A DNA stretch of 64,000 bases, taken from IMG/VR virus record IMGVR_UViG_3300027759_000044; one strand, 5' to 3'. Position 1 is the stretch's first letter. The number at the start of each line of letters is the position of its first letter. Of this stretch, positions 27,792 through 37,250 are shown one piece after another. The position numbers and the translations under genes were made by a program. Origin of the DNA: a virus. Lineage: Duplodnaviria > Caudoviricetes. The notes under the pieces are model-generated. The model had not been told where the DNA came from. It ran no database searches and saw only the letters and a program-made list of their open reading frames with translations.

Positions 27792-30700
27792 ATGGCAACA
27801 ACAATTAAAATAACGGAATTAACAAATATAGGTGCAAACTTAGCAAGTTCTACAGTTATACCAGTAGTTAATATGGGAGGTACTCCTACTACGGAAAAAA
27901 CAGTATTAGGTAATATTGCTAATCTTGTATTAGCTGGTGCTGGAGGTAACTATGTTGCTGCCGCCAAAGCTACTACTGCTACAACAGCAAATACTGTACT
28001 AACTAACGCTCAACCTAACATTACTAGTATAGGTAGTTTAACTGGTTTAACAGTAAGTAATGCAACAGGTGTTGTTAATTTTAGTAACACTGCTAACGTT
28101 ACATTAGGTAATGTTTCTAACTTACATATTGCAGGTGGTACAGCCGGACAATTGTTATCTACTAACGGTAACGGTACTTTAAGTTGGGCAAGTGATACTA
28201 CTACATATGGTAATAGTAATGTTGTAACACTATTATCTGCGTTTGGTTCTAATACAATAACAACTACAGGTAATGTATCTGTTGGAAATATTATTGGTAA
28301 TGGACAAGCATTGACTAATATTGCAGGTGCCAATGTCTCTGGATTCGTAGCTAATGCTAATGTTTCTAATACAGCATTTGCGGTTGCAGGTGCCAATGTC
28401 TCTGGATTCGTAGCTAATGCTAATATTGCTAATACGGCATTTAGTGTGGCTGGTGCTAATGTCTCTGGATTCGTAGCTAATGCCAATGTTTCTAATACAG
28501 CATATGCGGTTGCAGCCGCAAATGTGTCAGGTTTAGGTAATATTGCTACTATCAATTTAACTGGTAATAGTAGTAATGTGTTATACGGCAACGGAGTATT
28601 TGCGGCGGTAGCAGGTGGTGCTAATACAGGTAATGTTACATTCAATGACGTTAATATCATTGGCACAGGTAACTTGAATCTGCAACCAAACTCTGCTGAT
28701 GCTGCCGCATATGTAAATATTTACTTGACCGGGGCCGCGGATATACATATGGCAGCCGGTGCCGCTGGTGCTAATTTGATTTTAGGTACAGATGAAGAAG
28801 CCAATATTGCTGTTTTACAGGGCGGCAATGTGGCCATACAGGCAGGTAATGTCAGTGGCACAAAGACTTGGAACTTTGATACTACTGGTAACTTGACCTT
28901 GCCATTAAATAGTGTTGTTTATGAAACCAACATTCCAGACCAATCACTTAGTGGTAGTGCTATTGCTTTAAAACCAGCAGGTGGAACTACTGCCAATCAA
29001 CAGTTATTAATATATCCAACAGCGAATGACGGGGACCATGTACATATGACAAGTGGCAACTTGTATGCAACCGAATTGTTCTTAGGTAGTGATAATTTAT
29101 ATGTCAAGTTAGCAAATACAGGTAATATTGTTATCAACAGTAATGATGGTAATAGTAGTAATGCTATGTGGACATTTGGTACAGATGGTAGCACAATATT
29201 TCCAACATTAACTACACAGCGTGGTGACGATCCAAGTGCGACAATTACAGGTCAAACATTATTGTTTGGTGATAACACACAAGAAGCAATTATTTCAACA
29301 CCGGATGGCACTAGTAATATTAATAGCAGTCAACGACTAGTAATCAACCCTGGCCAAGGCTTTGACGGTGGTGAAGGTGGTGATATTTATCTATGGGCCG
29401 GTCGCGGTGGTCCAACTAGCGGCTCAGGTGGCGATATCAAGATTCGCGGTGGTTTTGCCCCAGCAGATGGCACAGGTGGCTACATACGTATGGAAGGCGG
29501 TGACTCGCAGGCCAATGGTCAACCTGGCTTTATTGAAATTACAGGCGGGCAAGGTGGGAATACTGTAGGCGGGTATGTTCAAATAACAGGTGGTGTTGGT
29601 GGCGGTGGTAGTGGTGGTGGTGTTGATATTTATGGTGGCTACGGTGTTGGTGGCCCAGGTGCTGCTGTAAATATCAGCGGTGGCGGTTCGAGCAATGGCC
29701 TAGCAGAATACGGTAATGTAAGCATCAATTCAGGTTCAGGTACTTGGATATTTGACAATACTGGTAACTTAACAGTACCTGGCAATTTAATAGGACCAGA
29801 TAATGCTAACTTTACAATCTATTCTAATGTTGGCCAACATGAATTTGTATTTGGTGATGACGGTACATTCTATGCTCCAGATACTGTTGTATTAGGTGGT
29901 AACACTATCTATATTGGGCCAGGTTCTAATACATTAGCTGGACTAGAGCATGCGGTACTAATAGCAAGTAGTAATCACTTTGCCTATATTCAAGGTGTTA
30001 TCAATAACATATCCGATAACGGTAGTGCTGACTGGGTAGCACAAGGTCGTCTTGGAAGTGATGAGGGTGGATGGGCAGATTTTGGCTTTACTAGTGGTGG
30101 ATTTAATGATGCTAATTACACTATCACAGGTCCGGGCGATGGATATTTAATAGTAGAATCATATGGTCCTGGACAACTTATTACAGGACCCAAAGGTGGT
30201 AATTTAATATTAGCTACTGGTTCTCAGGGTACTGTTAGAGATATTATATTTGGTACCGGTGGATTTGAAACAGGTAATATATTTGGTAGAATGTCAGATG
30301 CTAATAATTCATTTGAATTATCACGTGCTGGTGCAACTATTACATTCCCTGATGCTACTGTACAAAATACAGCTTGGACCGGTAATGTAGCAAGAATAGC
30401 TAATGGTAATAGTAATGTCAATATCGCAACTGCTAATGGTAATATAACTATAGCGGCTGTTGGTAACACTACAATGACAATAACCGGTACTGGTGCTAAT
30501 ATCACAGGTACTGCAAACATTAGTGGTAATGTAAACACTACTGGGCAATTAAGCGCCACAGGTAATATTACTACATCAGGAAACTTTGTTGGTAACGGTG
30601 CGGCACTAACCAATGTAACGGTGAACGTTGCTGGTAACATTGTTGGTACAGAATCAAATGTTACCTTGGTAGCCGGCTCATACAATTGGACATTTGACAA

Positions 30701-31142
30701 CACCGGCAACTTGAAGTTGCCAGGCAACACATTTGCCGTAAACTATGCCAACAACACACCGGTGGATGCGGTCACACGGTTTTCAGGCACTTGGACGGTG
30801 CCTACAGGCAACAGCACCCAGAGTTTTACTGTGGGTTCCAGCGAGACTTATCAAATGTGGGTTGATTGCAATATCCCCAATGGTATCTTGGCTTGGAATG
30901 CCACAGCCACTATTACCAACACCAATGTGCCTGTTGTGGGTGCTCAGTATGCCTGGGTCTACAACGGTGGCGGCACACCCATAGACTTTACCAGTATACC
31001 CAATCAGTTTGTAGGTACAGCAAATGCCATATTTCGTAGTAATACCGCTCCAAGTGCAACTACCAATAGATTTGACTTTGGCATCAACAACACTAGCGGC
31101 GGTAATGTCACTGTTCGTTACGGTTGGATAGCAATCAGTTAA
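27792..31142 (+). CDS. Long tail-fibre-like protein
   Basis: IKITEL N-terminus; Gly-rich middle; five W/F-x-F-x-x-x-G-x-L/F-x-x-P joints. Confidence 0.75.
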   Translation: MATTIKITELTNIGANLASSTVIPVVNMGGTPTTEKTVLGNIANLVLAGAGGNYVAAAKATTATTANTVLTNAQPNITSIGSLTGLTVSNATGVVNFSNTANVTLGNVSNLHIAGGTAGQLLSTNGNGTLSWASDTTTYGNSNVVTLLSAFGSNTITTTGNVSVGNIIGNGQALTNIAGANVSGFVANANVSNTAFAVAGANVSGFVANANIANTAFSVAGANVSGFVANANVSNTAYAVAAANVSGLGNIATINLTGNSSNVLYGNGVFAAVAGGANTGNVTFNDVNIIGTGNLNLQPNSADAAAYVNIYLTGAADIHMAAGAAGANLILGTDEEANIAVLQGGNVAIQAGNVSGTKTWNFDTTGNLTLPLNSVVYETNIPDQSLSGSAIALKPAGGTTANQQLLIYPTANDGDHVHMTSGNLYATELFLGSDNLYVKLANTGNIVINSNDGNSSNAMWTFGTDGSTIFPTLTTQRGDDPSATITGQTLLFGDNTQEAIISTPDGTSNINSSQRLVINPGQGFDGGEGGDIYLWAGRGGPTSGSGGDIKIRGGFAPADGTGGYIRMEGGDSQANGQPGFIEITGGQGGNTVGGYVQITGGVGGGGSGGGVDIYGGYGVGGPGAAVNISGGGSSNGLAEYGNVSINSGSGTWIFDNTGNLTVPGNLIGPDNANFTIYSNVGQHEFVFGDDGTFYAPDTVVLGGNTIYIGPGSNTLAGLEHAVLIASSNHFAYIQGVINNISDNGSADWVAQGRLGSDEGGWADFGFTSGGFNDANYTITGPGDGYLIVESYGPGQLITGPKGGNLILATGSQGTVRDIIFGTGGFETGNIFGRMSDANNSFELSRAGATITFPDATVQNTAWTGNVARIANGNSNVNIATANGNITIAAVGNTTMTITGTGANITGTANISGNVNTTGQLSATGNITTSGNFVGNGAALTNVTVNVAGNIVGTESNVTLVAGSYNWTFDNTGNLKLPGNTFAVNYANNTPVDAVTRFSGTWTVPTGNSTQSFTVGSSETYQMWVDCNIPNGILAWNATATITNTNVPVVGAQYAWVYNGGGTPIDFTSIPNQFVGTANAIFRSNTAPSATTNRFDFGINNTSGGNVTVRYGWIAIS
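28322..28531 (+). repeat. 63-nt (21-aa) tandem repeat, three copies plus a partial fourth
   Basis: AGANVSGFVANAN(V/I)(S/A)NTA(F/Y)(A/S)V; AATGTCTCTGGATTCGTAGCTAATGC repeated. Confidence 0.9.
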
Positions 31143-31152
31143 TGGATCAACT

Positions 31153-31863
31153 ATGATAATACAAGGCGTAACTCTTAAAGGCGTAACTGTAATTGATGGT
31201 GTTGTATCCAGTGGACTACAATTGTATCTTGATGCAGCCGTACCCGCAAGTTATGCGGGTTCAGGTACCACTTGGTATGATTTAAGTGGGCAAAACAATA
31301 ATGTTGTGATGCAGAACTCGGGCAATATCTCATATACTAGTTCGGGCGGTGGATACTTTACTTTGTCTAGCAACGGCTATTTTAACAAAGCAACCACTAC
31401 AGGTATTCCTATAGGCACTAGTGCTTATACTATGAGTGTGTGGGTTCAGTGGCCCACAGGTACCTGGCCCACTTTTGGGGGCATGATTGGCATAGGCAAT
31501 TCGATTATTATTAATGAAACCAATCAATTTAGAACCACTGGCACAAATGCTTTAATAAACTACTGGTATGGTAACGATCTAGCCGCAACCAGCACTATCA
31601 GTCCTGCGTCGCAGTGGGTTAATATTGTAGCGCAATGGGACGGAACTACTAGAAAAATTTGGGTTAACGGCACACAAGTTGCGTCAGCCGCTGCCAGTGG
31701 ACTCAACGTATCATCAAGTCTACTACAAGTTGGTGCTACCAATGTCGGTGGCACTGAGACATTGAGGGGCAATATTGGACAAGCATTAATTTACAATCGT
31801 GCTTTATCATCAACAGAAATTAATAATAACTATACACTAATAAGAACTAGGTATGGTGTATGA
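31153..31863 (+). CDS. LamG/concanavalin A-like lectin protein
   Basis: L.LYLDA....SY.GSGTTW.DLSG, W.NIVA.WDG, IYNRALS..EI. Confidence 0.85.
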   Translation: MIIQGVTLKGVTVIDGVVSSGLQLYLDAAVPASYAGSGTTWYDLSGQNNNVVMQNSGNISYTSSGGGYFTLSSNGYFNKATTTGIPIGTSAYTMSVWVQWPTGTWPTFGGMIGIGNSIIINETNQFRTTGTNALINYWYGNDLAATSTISPASQWVNIVAQWDGTTRKIWVNGTQVASAAASGLNVSSSLLQVGATNVGGTETLRGNIGQALIYNRALSSTEINNNYTLIRTRYGV

Positions 31864-31888
31864 AGATAAATATATAAAAGGATAACAA

Positions 31889-32620
31889 ATGGCAATAGTT
31901 TTTGAAAACGGAATAAATATAGGTGGCGGAATAGATATAGGTGCAACACCACCTTCTGGATTGGTTCTTAACCTTGATGCATCCAACTATAGTGCTATGC
32001 CAGTTGATGGAACTACTATAGCAGGCGAAGGTGGCTACACTATAACAACATACAACTCTGGTGGTAGCATGTCATGGGATCCCGCAGAAGGTGGAATATT
32101 CCGCAAAACTGTACCTACTGGCACAGACTTCTTAACATTTGGACCAGATTACTCATCAACATCACAAGCTTATACTGTAATGATGGTCTACCGATCACAA
32201 CCTAGTACGGCAGGTAGATTACTAAACGCTAATAGTGCCGCTCCTGATTGGTTATTAGGTTTATGGGATAGTCCTTCTTATGTTCAAAACGTTTTCTATA
32301 ACGGCAGTACCTTTGTAGGTGCCACTAGTGCAGCTGACAATAACTGGCAATTTATATGGGCAACATACAACGGCAACTCTGGTTCACCGTTTTCGCAAAG
32401 TTATGTTGCTAATTCAACAATTCCAACAACTACCGCTGGTACTGATACTTCGGGTAACGGTTTCCAAGGTTTAAGATTGTTTGGTAGATATGACAGCCCT
32501 ACAGCTAGTTCAGAGAACCCAACTTCTGATGTAGGTTTAGTTAAGGTATGGAACAAGGTATTGACATTATCTCAGATACAAGCTCAATGGACTGCGTATA
32601 AAACAAGATTTGGATATTAA
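31889..32620 (+). CDS. LamG-like lectin protein
   Basis: GLVLNLDA.NY, VKVWNKVLT..QI; late promoter at 31865. Confidence 0.7.
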   Translation: MAIVFENGINIGGGIDIGATPPSGLVLNLDASNYSAMPVDGTTIAGEGGYTITTYNSGGSMSWDPAEGGIFRKTVPTGTDFLTFGPDYSSTSQAYTVMMVYRSQPSTAGRLLNANSAAPDWLLGLWDSPSYVQNVFYNGSTFVGATSAADNNWQFIWATYNGNSGSPFSQSYVANSTIPTTTAGTDTSGNGFQGLRLFGRYDSPTASSENPTSDVGLVKVWNKVLTLSQIQAQWTAYKTRFGY

Positions 32621-32622
32621 AT

Positions 32623-33456
32623 ATGAAGCAAGATCCACGCACAATCGTAAACACTGACGAGGATCATACCTTCAATCCACCTGCCAAGAAAAAAATCATA
32701 CCTAGGACACTTGACACATTTTCATTAATATGGAAAGCTGATAAAGTAGATACTAGAGATTACAAATATCAACTGACTTCTATAACAAATCCTAACTATG
32801 TTGATTTAAGAAGTTATTGTTCTAGTATTGAAAATCAAGGTACATTAGGTAGCTGTACTGGGCAATCGATTGCCGGTGCAATAGAATTATTAAACAAACG
32901 TAACGGCAAACCAACTGATGTTAGTAGATTGTTTATATATTACTATGAACGATTAATAATGGGAACAGTTAACTATGATAGTGGGGCTTATATACGTGAT
33001 GGTATAAAAGCAACAAATCATTATGGCGTAAGTTTAGAAACTTATTGGCCATATAATATTAAAAAGTTCAAGCAAGAACCAATCAATGAAGCAAAGAGTG
33101 ACGCACAAAGACGTAAAGTAACACGATACGAAAGAGTAGCAGACTTCAATGGATGTATTGACGCATTAACAAACGGATATCCAGTTGTAATAGGCTTTCA
33201 TGTTTATCAAAGTTTTATGTCAAATACTGTTGCTAGAACAGGTAATATGCCTTATCCAAATAAAAAACGTGAAAGATTATTAGGCGGACATGCTGTATTA
33301 CTTGTTGGATATGACAAAACTAGAAAAGTGTTTATTGTCAGAAACAGTTGGGGAGAATCTTGGGGTGATAAAGGTTATTTCTATATGCCATTTGACGTAG
33401 TTAAACCCGATATGAGTAGCGATTATTGGATTATCAAATCAGTTAACAATCCGTAA
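32623..33456 (+). CDS. Papain-family (C1) cysteine peptidase
   Basis: QGTLGSCT, GGHAVLLVGYD, VRNSWG..WG..GYF. Confidence 0.93.
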   Translation: MKQDPRTIVNTDEDHTFNPPAKKKIIPRTLDTFSLIWKADKVDTRDYKYQLTSITNPNYVDLRSYCSSIENQGTLGSCTGQSIAGAIELLNKRNGKPTDVSRLFIYYYERLIMGTVNYDSGAYIRDGIKATNHYGVSLETYWPYNIKKFKQEPINEAKSDAQRRKVTRYERVADFNGCIDALTNGYPVVIGFHVYQSFMSNTVARTGNMPYPNKKRERLLGGHAVLLVGYDKTRKVFIVRNSWGESWGDKGYFYMPFDVVKPDMSSDYWIIKSVNNP

Positions 33457-33477
33457 AAAAAGCCCCTAGGGGCTTTT
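33455..33477. terminator. Bidirectional terminator between convergent blocks
   Basis: A run-GCCCC TA GGGGC-T run. Confidence 0.75.
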
Positions 33478-33478
33478 C

Positions 33479-33691
33479 TTATTTCATCTTTTCTAGCATA
33501 TAAGCAGTGAATTTGTTTTCACACATTGCTGGAATCTCAACAAATGGATCCTCAAGAAAGAACGGACAACCGGTTTTCCATTTACCATGTTTCTTAAAGA
33601 ATTTGAATTCTAGCAAATCTTTTCTATCTGCAGGATTAAATTCTCTACGAGGATTAAATGAGCGACGGAATGTAGATAGATTTAAGTTCAT
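33479..33691 (-). CDS. Hypothetical protein (start revised to 33691)
   Basis: MNLNLSTF...; longer track ORF overlaps next gene. Confidence 0.65.
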   Translation of the reverse strand: MNLNLSTFRRSFNPRREFNPADRKDLLEFKFFKKHGKWKTGCPFFLEDPFVEIPAMCENKFTAYMLEKMK

Positions 33692-33716
33692 AGTATAAGG
33701 GCCTAAACCCTGTTGT

Positions 33717-34106
33717 TTAGAATGGTGCGTCTTCAACTGCCGCAAGAATATCTTCTGCGGACACTTTTGCTTTTTTAGCACGTGCTTTGATAGCATCAAT
33801 GCTTGGCTTTGTTTTAGAAGCTTTAACTTTAACTTCACCTTTACTTGCTTCTTTAGTTTTATCTTCAAGTGTATCAGCAATAGTTGCCTGATCACTTGCG
33901 CTAGAAAACTCAGATAGAGTAGCAAGATATTTTAATGCTTCTACTTTTGTCATTTCTGAAGGTAGCTCAACAAAGTCTACACGACTAGCACCACCTTTAG
34001 TGAACTGCTTGATACGACGGACCATGTCATCTGTGAAGCGAACTTTAGCGTTACCATTGTGAATAGTAATACCGGCGACTTTAAAAGTTTGATTAGAATT
34101 AGCCAT
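33717..34106 (-). CDS. Lys/Ala-rich hypothetical protein
   Basis: AAGGA RBS; promoter at 34171-34199. Confidence 0.8.
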   Translation of the reverse strand: MANSNQTFKVAGITIHNGNAKVRFTDDMVRRIKQFTKGGASRVDFVELPSEMTKVEALKYLATLSEFSSASDQATIADTLEDKTKEASKGEVKVKASKTKPSIDAIKARAKKAKVSAEDILAAVEDAPF

Positions 34107-34170
34107 TGTGTTTCCTTTAAATAAAAGCTAAGTTTAAAAAATGTGCCGATAACTTCTCAGCACTATTATA

Positions 34171-34199
34171 ATGATAACACAATAGCCATTTGTTGTCAA
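34171..34199 (-). promoter_or_regulatory. Early promoter cassette
   Basis: TTGACA-acaaatggctattgtgt(17)-TATCAT. Confidence 0.8.
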
Positions 34200-34223
34200 C
34201 CATTGTGTTACCCATTATTTGAT

Positions 34224-34637
34224 TTATTGAACAACGTAGGGGCTGTTCCATTTGCCAATGTTAACATCAACATAGTATGCCGTGTTAAAATAATCTGTCA
34301 TTGCGTCCGATTCGTCAAACCAATCGGCAGCTTTTAAGGCTTCGAGGGCCTCGGTCAAGAATTCCTTAGCAACACCATCATAGTGATCCTGGAACCAATA
34401 TTGATTTACCTGATCGTAACCAGTATCATTAGGTTTGAAACCACGTTGTACCTGATAAAAATCATTGCCACAAACCTTGTTGCTATTGCCAATGAAGTCA
34501 ATAGCACCCGATTTGAGGGTCAATACGATGGTCATATGATTACGAACTGACAAAGATCCTTTAACCTTGTACTTAGCCAAAATTGGCTTAAGTGCTTGAG
34601 TAATCTTTGCTTTACGTTCTTGATTCATGTAAGCCAT
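34224..34637 (-). CDS. Hypothetical phage protein (MAYMNQE...D.MTDYF type)
   Basis: Promoter plus AAGGA RBS. Confidence 0.85.
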   Translation of the reverse strand: MAYMNQERKAKITQALKPILAKYKVKGSLSVRNHMTIVLTLKSGAIDFIGNSNKVCGNDFYQVQRGFKPNDTGYDQVNQYWFQDHYDGVAKEFLTEALEALKAADWFDESDAMTDYFNTAYYVDVNIGKWNSPYVVQ

Positions 34638-34670
34638 TTGTTAGTCCTTTGTTTAACTGTTTAAGATTCT

Positions 34671-34699
34671 ATTATAGCACCAAATCCATTTAATGTCAA
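34671..34699 (-). promoter_or_regulatory. Early promoter cassette
   Basis: TTGACA-ttaaatggatttggtgc(17)-TATAAT. Confidence 0.9.
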
Positions 34700-34700
34700 A

Positions 34701-34832
34701 TTATTGTTCCATTGGGTCACCAAGAAAATACTCGGTTACATAGGTGACAACAATATCTTTGCCAGAATGAATCTTTAAGTATTCACCTAGTGCTTCGACA
34801 CTTCTAAATAAATAACCATTTGCTTTGTACAT
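34701..34832 (-). CDS. Small hypothetical protein (start revised)
   Basis: AAGGA RBS after promoter 34866-34894. Confidence 0.7.
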   Translation of the reverse strand: MYKANGYLFRSVEALGEYLKIHSGKDIVVTYVTEYFLGDPMEQ

Positions 34833-34865
34833 CTTGAAGTCCTTTATGTAACTGTCTAAGTATCT

Positions 34866-34894
34866 ATTGTAGCAGAAAGACCATTTAATGTCAA
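34866..34894 (-). promoter_or_regulatory. Early promoter cassette
   Basis: TTGACA-ttaaatggtctttctgc(17)-TACAAT. Confidence 0.9.
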
Positions 34895-34896
34895 AT

Positions 34897-35058
34897 TTAG
34901 GAGTTGACAGTTTTGAATGGGCTAAACACTTCCCTATTCTTAACGGAGTCGGACACGTCATAGACCCAGGTTACAGGGACTTCCAGTACAGCAGAGATAG
35001 TTGAAGGATGTGTACCTTTCTCCAACATTTCCATGATATCAATTTCTAAGTCACTCAT
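34897..35058 (-). CDS. Small acidic protein (53 aa, not in track)
   Basis: MSDLEIDIMEMLEKG...; ATGA overlap. Confidence 0.65.
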   Translation of the reverse strand: MSDLEIDIMEMLEKGTHPSTISAVLEVPVTWVYDVSDSVKNREVFSPFKTVNS

Positions 35059-35228
35059 TTTGCTTTCCTAATGTTAAATAATCCACCTAAAATCACTACA
35101 GCTAGCCAGGACTCTAGTGAGTACTTAATAGCTAGTGCCGGAAACAACACATTTAATGACCAAATAGTCAATAACGGGCCAATTGCTACGAGGGCAATGA
35201 CAATTACAATTCCAACAAAATAACTCAT
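35055..35228 (-). CDS. Small two-TM membrane protein (not in track)
   Basis: MSYFVGIVIVIALVAIGP... Confidence 0.65.
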   Translation of the reverse strand: MSYFVGIVIVIALVAIGPLLTIWSLNVLFPALAIKYSLESWLAVVILGGLFNIRKAK

Positions 35229-35500
35229 AAAACCTCCAACATGCTAGCGGGCACTCTCCAACTACGGAACTGACCTGGTTGATCTACAATAATAAATTTA
35301 CGATTGATTTTCTTTACAACACCGGAGATTGTACCACGTGTTGAACTAGTGAATTTAACATTGGAACCGATTGTCAGTACCGATTTGTTTCGCACCACTA
35401 ATTGGGCACGTGCAAAACGAATAGCATCATTGATGCTGTTCAATTCTTCATTAGTAAAGTCACCCTGCATGATAGCTGTATTAATTTGCTTGATGTTCAT
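35225..35500 (-). CDS. Hypothetical protein, SH3/KOW-like C-terminus
   Basis: IG..VKF....G...G.V.KINRK.I.V...W.VP. Confidence 0.75.
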   Translation of the reverse strand: MNIKQINTAIMQGDFTNEELNSINDAIRFARAQLVVRNKSVLTIGSNVKFTSSTRGTISGVVKKINRKFIIVDQPGQFRSWRVPASMLEVL

Positions 35501-35529
35501 AAGAACTCCTTTTGACTGAATAAGACTCT

Positions 35530-35558
35530 ATTGTAGCACTAAAACCATTTGTTGTCAA
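35530..35558 (-). promoter_or_regulatory. Early promoter cassette
   Basis: TTGACA-acaaatggttttagtgc(17)-TACAAT-agagtcttattcagtcaaaggag. Confidence 0.9.
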
Positions 35559-35713
35559 ATTTTGGTGCTGTTTGGATGTTTGGGTTTACGAACGTACATA
35601 CCTTTTTTAGATTGTACAACCTTAGGTTTGAACGGAGTGTTGCTAGAAAACAACACTTTGTGGGCCCGATGTTTGGGTTGTCCAACAATAAATGATAAGA
35701 TTTTTCGTTTCAT
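35555..35713 (-). CDS. Small basic protein, probably leaderless (not in track)
   Basis: MKRKILSF...; TTGACA-18-TATAAT ends 7 nt before ATG. Confidence 0.55.
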   Translation of the reverse strand: MKRKILSFIVGQPKHRAHKVLFSSNTPFKPKVVQSKKGMYVRKPKHPNSTKI

Positions 35714-35746
35714 AATACGTATTATAGCATAGGAAACGTATTTATG

Positions 35747-36124
35747 TCAACTTTTGGCAGTTGAGTCTTGGTTCAAGCACCCAAATACAACGACGGGGAT
35801 AGTGCCAAAGGGTGGGGGTAGCAGTACCGTAATAGCAAACCAAGGATTGATTCCGGCATCATTACAACGCCTAATTGTGGTTGCGATCCATAACCAACAT
35901 GATAGTACACTACCCACACATAATATTGCTAGTGAAATAATCCAGCCAAGTAATCCTATTACTACAATAGTGAAGGGTAAACTTAGTACAAATATTATAA
36001 AAGCCAATGAACTAGTAAGACCCAGTAGAGCCCAACTAATTAAGTATACACCCCAATATTCACTACGTGAGGCTTGACCTTTAAAATCAAAGTATTTTTT
36101 ATATTGTTCTAATTTGTTTATCAC
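35747..36124 (-). CDS. DUF805-family membrane protein
   Basis: F.FKG.ASRSEYW and IRR.ND.G. Confidence 0.8.
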   Translation of the reverse strand: MINKLEQYKKYFDFKGQASRSEYWGVYLISWALLGLTSSLAFIIFVLSLPFTIVVIGLLGWIISLAILCVGSVLSCWLWIATTIRRCNDAGINPWFAITVLLPPPFGTIPVVVFGCLNQDSTAKS

Positions 36125-36408
36125 ATTATCATCCTTATTAATCCCACACTATCAATTGTTACAAGTAGCAAGTAGTTAGCCAACATGCCAAAAGATTTCC
36201 TAGTAAAACTAGCCCAAGCATAGAGACCACAGCCGATGATCCAAATAGGGTACAAAGTAAGTAAAGGCGGATTGGGGACTGTAAGTGCCATGGTAATCGA
36301 ACAGCCAATTGAAATGCCCCAAGCAAGCAACTCAATGATAAACCTAAAAGGATGAGTACGGTAATCATCTTTGATCCAATTAAAAATTCCATAAAAAATA
36401 TCGTTCAT
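36121..36408 (-). CDS. Membrane protein
   Basis: Three hydrophobic helices. Confidence 0.75.
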   Translation of the reverse strand: MNDIFYGIFNWIKDDYRTHPFRFIIELLAWGISIGCSITMALTVPNPPLLTLYPIWIIGCGLYAWASFTRKSFGMLANYLLLVTIDSVGLIRMIM

Positions 36409-36453
36409 ACGTATATTCTAACATATTGAACGATATCATACAATACATTTTGG

Positions 36454-36753
36454 TTACTGAGTACAGGTGCGTTCTTTATAAATTTTGCCATCTAGACCTT
36501 GTATTTCTTTCCATTCTGTACATGTTATACTAGGAGGTACAGTTTGTTGTTGGATGACTACAGGAGGTTGTTGAACAATAACTTGTTGACGGCCCAATTC
36601 ATATCCAATTGCTCCTACAACTACCGGAGCTACCCACCAACCTACTCCTGGACCACGATAATGTCCATGATGACGAAATCCATGTCCGTGATGTTGTGCC
36701 ATTGCTGAACCAGTCAATGCTAAAAGTGATAATGCTACTAGAATCTTTTTCAT
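36454..36753 (-). CDS. Secreted His/Gly/Pro-rich protein
   Basis: Signal peptide; HHGHGFRHHGH; C-terminal CTEW..C. Confidence 0.75.
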   Translation of the reverse strand: MKKILVALSLLALTGSAMAQHHGHGFRHHGHYRGPGVGWWVAPVVVGAIGYELGRQQVIVQQPPVVIQQQTVPPSITCTEWKEIQGLDGKIYKERTCTQ

Positions 36754-36780
36754 AACTATCTCCTATACATATATAACGTA

Positions 36781-36945
36781 TTAGGCAATTGTTCCGTTGA
36801 CACGATGTTTGTCCACTACTTCCTGCAAAATACTCTCTATCATCTTATTTAGCGTAATATCACGTTTATGCGCTTCCATAGCTAACTGGTATATCTCATG
36901 TTCATTTAAATCTAATTCAACTTCCACACGATTATCATTTTCCAT
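36781..36945 (-). CDS. Small ribbon-helix-helix/HicB-like protein (not in track)
   Basis: L...AH.RDITLN..I..IL pattern. Confidence 0.5.
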   Translation of the reverse strand: MENDNRVEVELDLNEHEIYQLAMEAHKRDITLNKMIESILQEVVDKHRVNGTIA

Positions 36946-37138
36946 TTTTCTCTCCATAGTGTTTTAATAGTGGTTCAATGTTATTCTCATAAATTTGAGC
37001 CATTGTGTTGTATAATCCCTTACGTTCTTCTAGTGTCATTCCCGCACACCATGAAGGGTCTGTTGGATCTTTATCTAATCCATAATCCTGTCGATATGTA
37101 TAACACATATCAGTTATGATTTGTTCTTTATTTTTCAT
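36935..37138 (-). CDS. Hypothetical protein
   Basis: Packed operon ORF. Confidence 0.7.
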   Translation of the reverse strand: MKNKEQIITDMCYTYRQDYGLDKDPTDPSWCAGMTLEERKGLYNTMAQIYENNIEPLLKHYGEKNGK

Positions 37139-37250
37139 ATTCTTCTATTCTATACTTACTGAAGGGGTAATTTTCATGTAACCATTCAATCATACCTTCT
37201 TCATAAGGAAGAAAAACTGTACGAGCCTTGTTAGTTATATAAAGTATCAT
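37128..37250 (-). CDS. Small hypothetical protein (40 aa, not in track)
   Basis: Fills gap with overlaps on both sides. Confidence 0.5.
   Translation of the reverse strand: MILYITNKARTVFLPYEEGMIEWLHENYPFSKYRIEEYEK

Noticed and set aside
870-33698. Shadow ORFs opposite real genes (e.g. 870, 1587, 3190, 4410, 7083, 8443, 9523, 20452, 23653, 26604, 28010, 30224)
   Set aside because: Antisense to motif-bearing genes, no RBS, composition mirrors the opposite strand.
33692-33925. 5' part of ORF 33479-33925
   Set aside because: Overlaps the 33717 gene in another frame; the real start is likely 33691.
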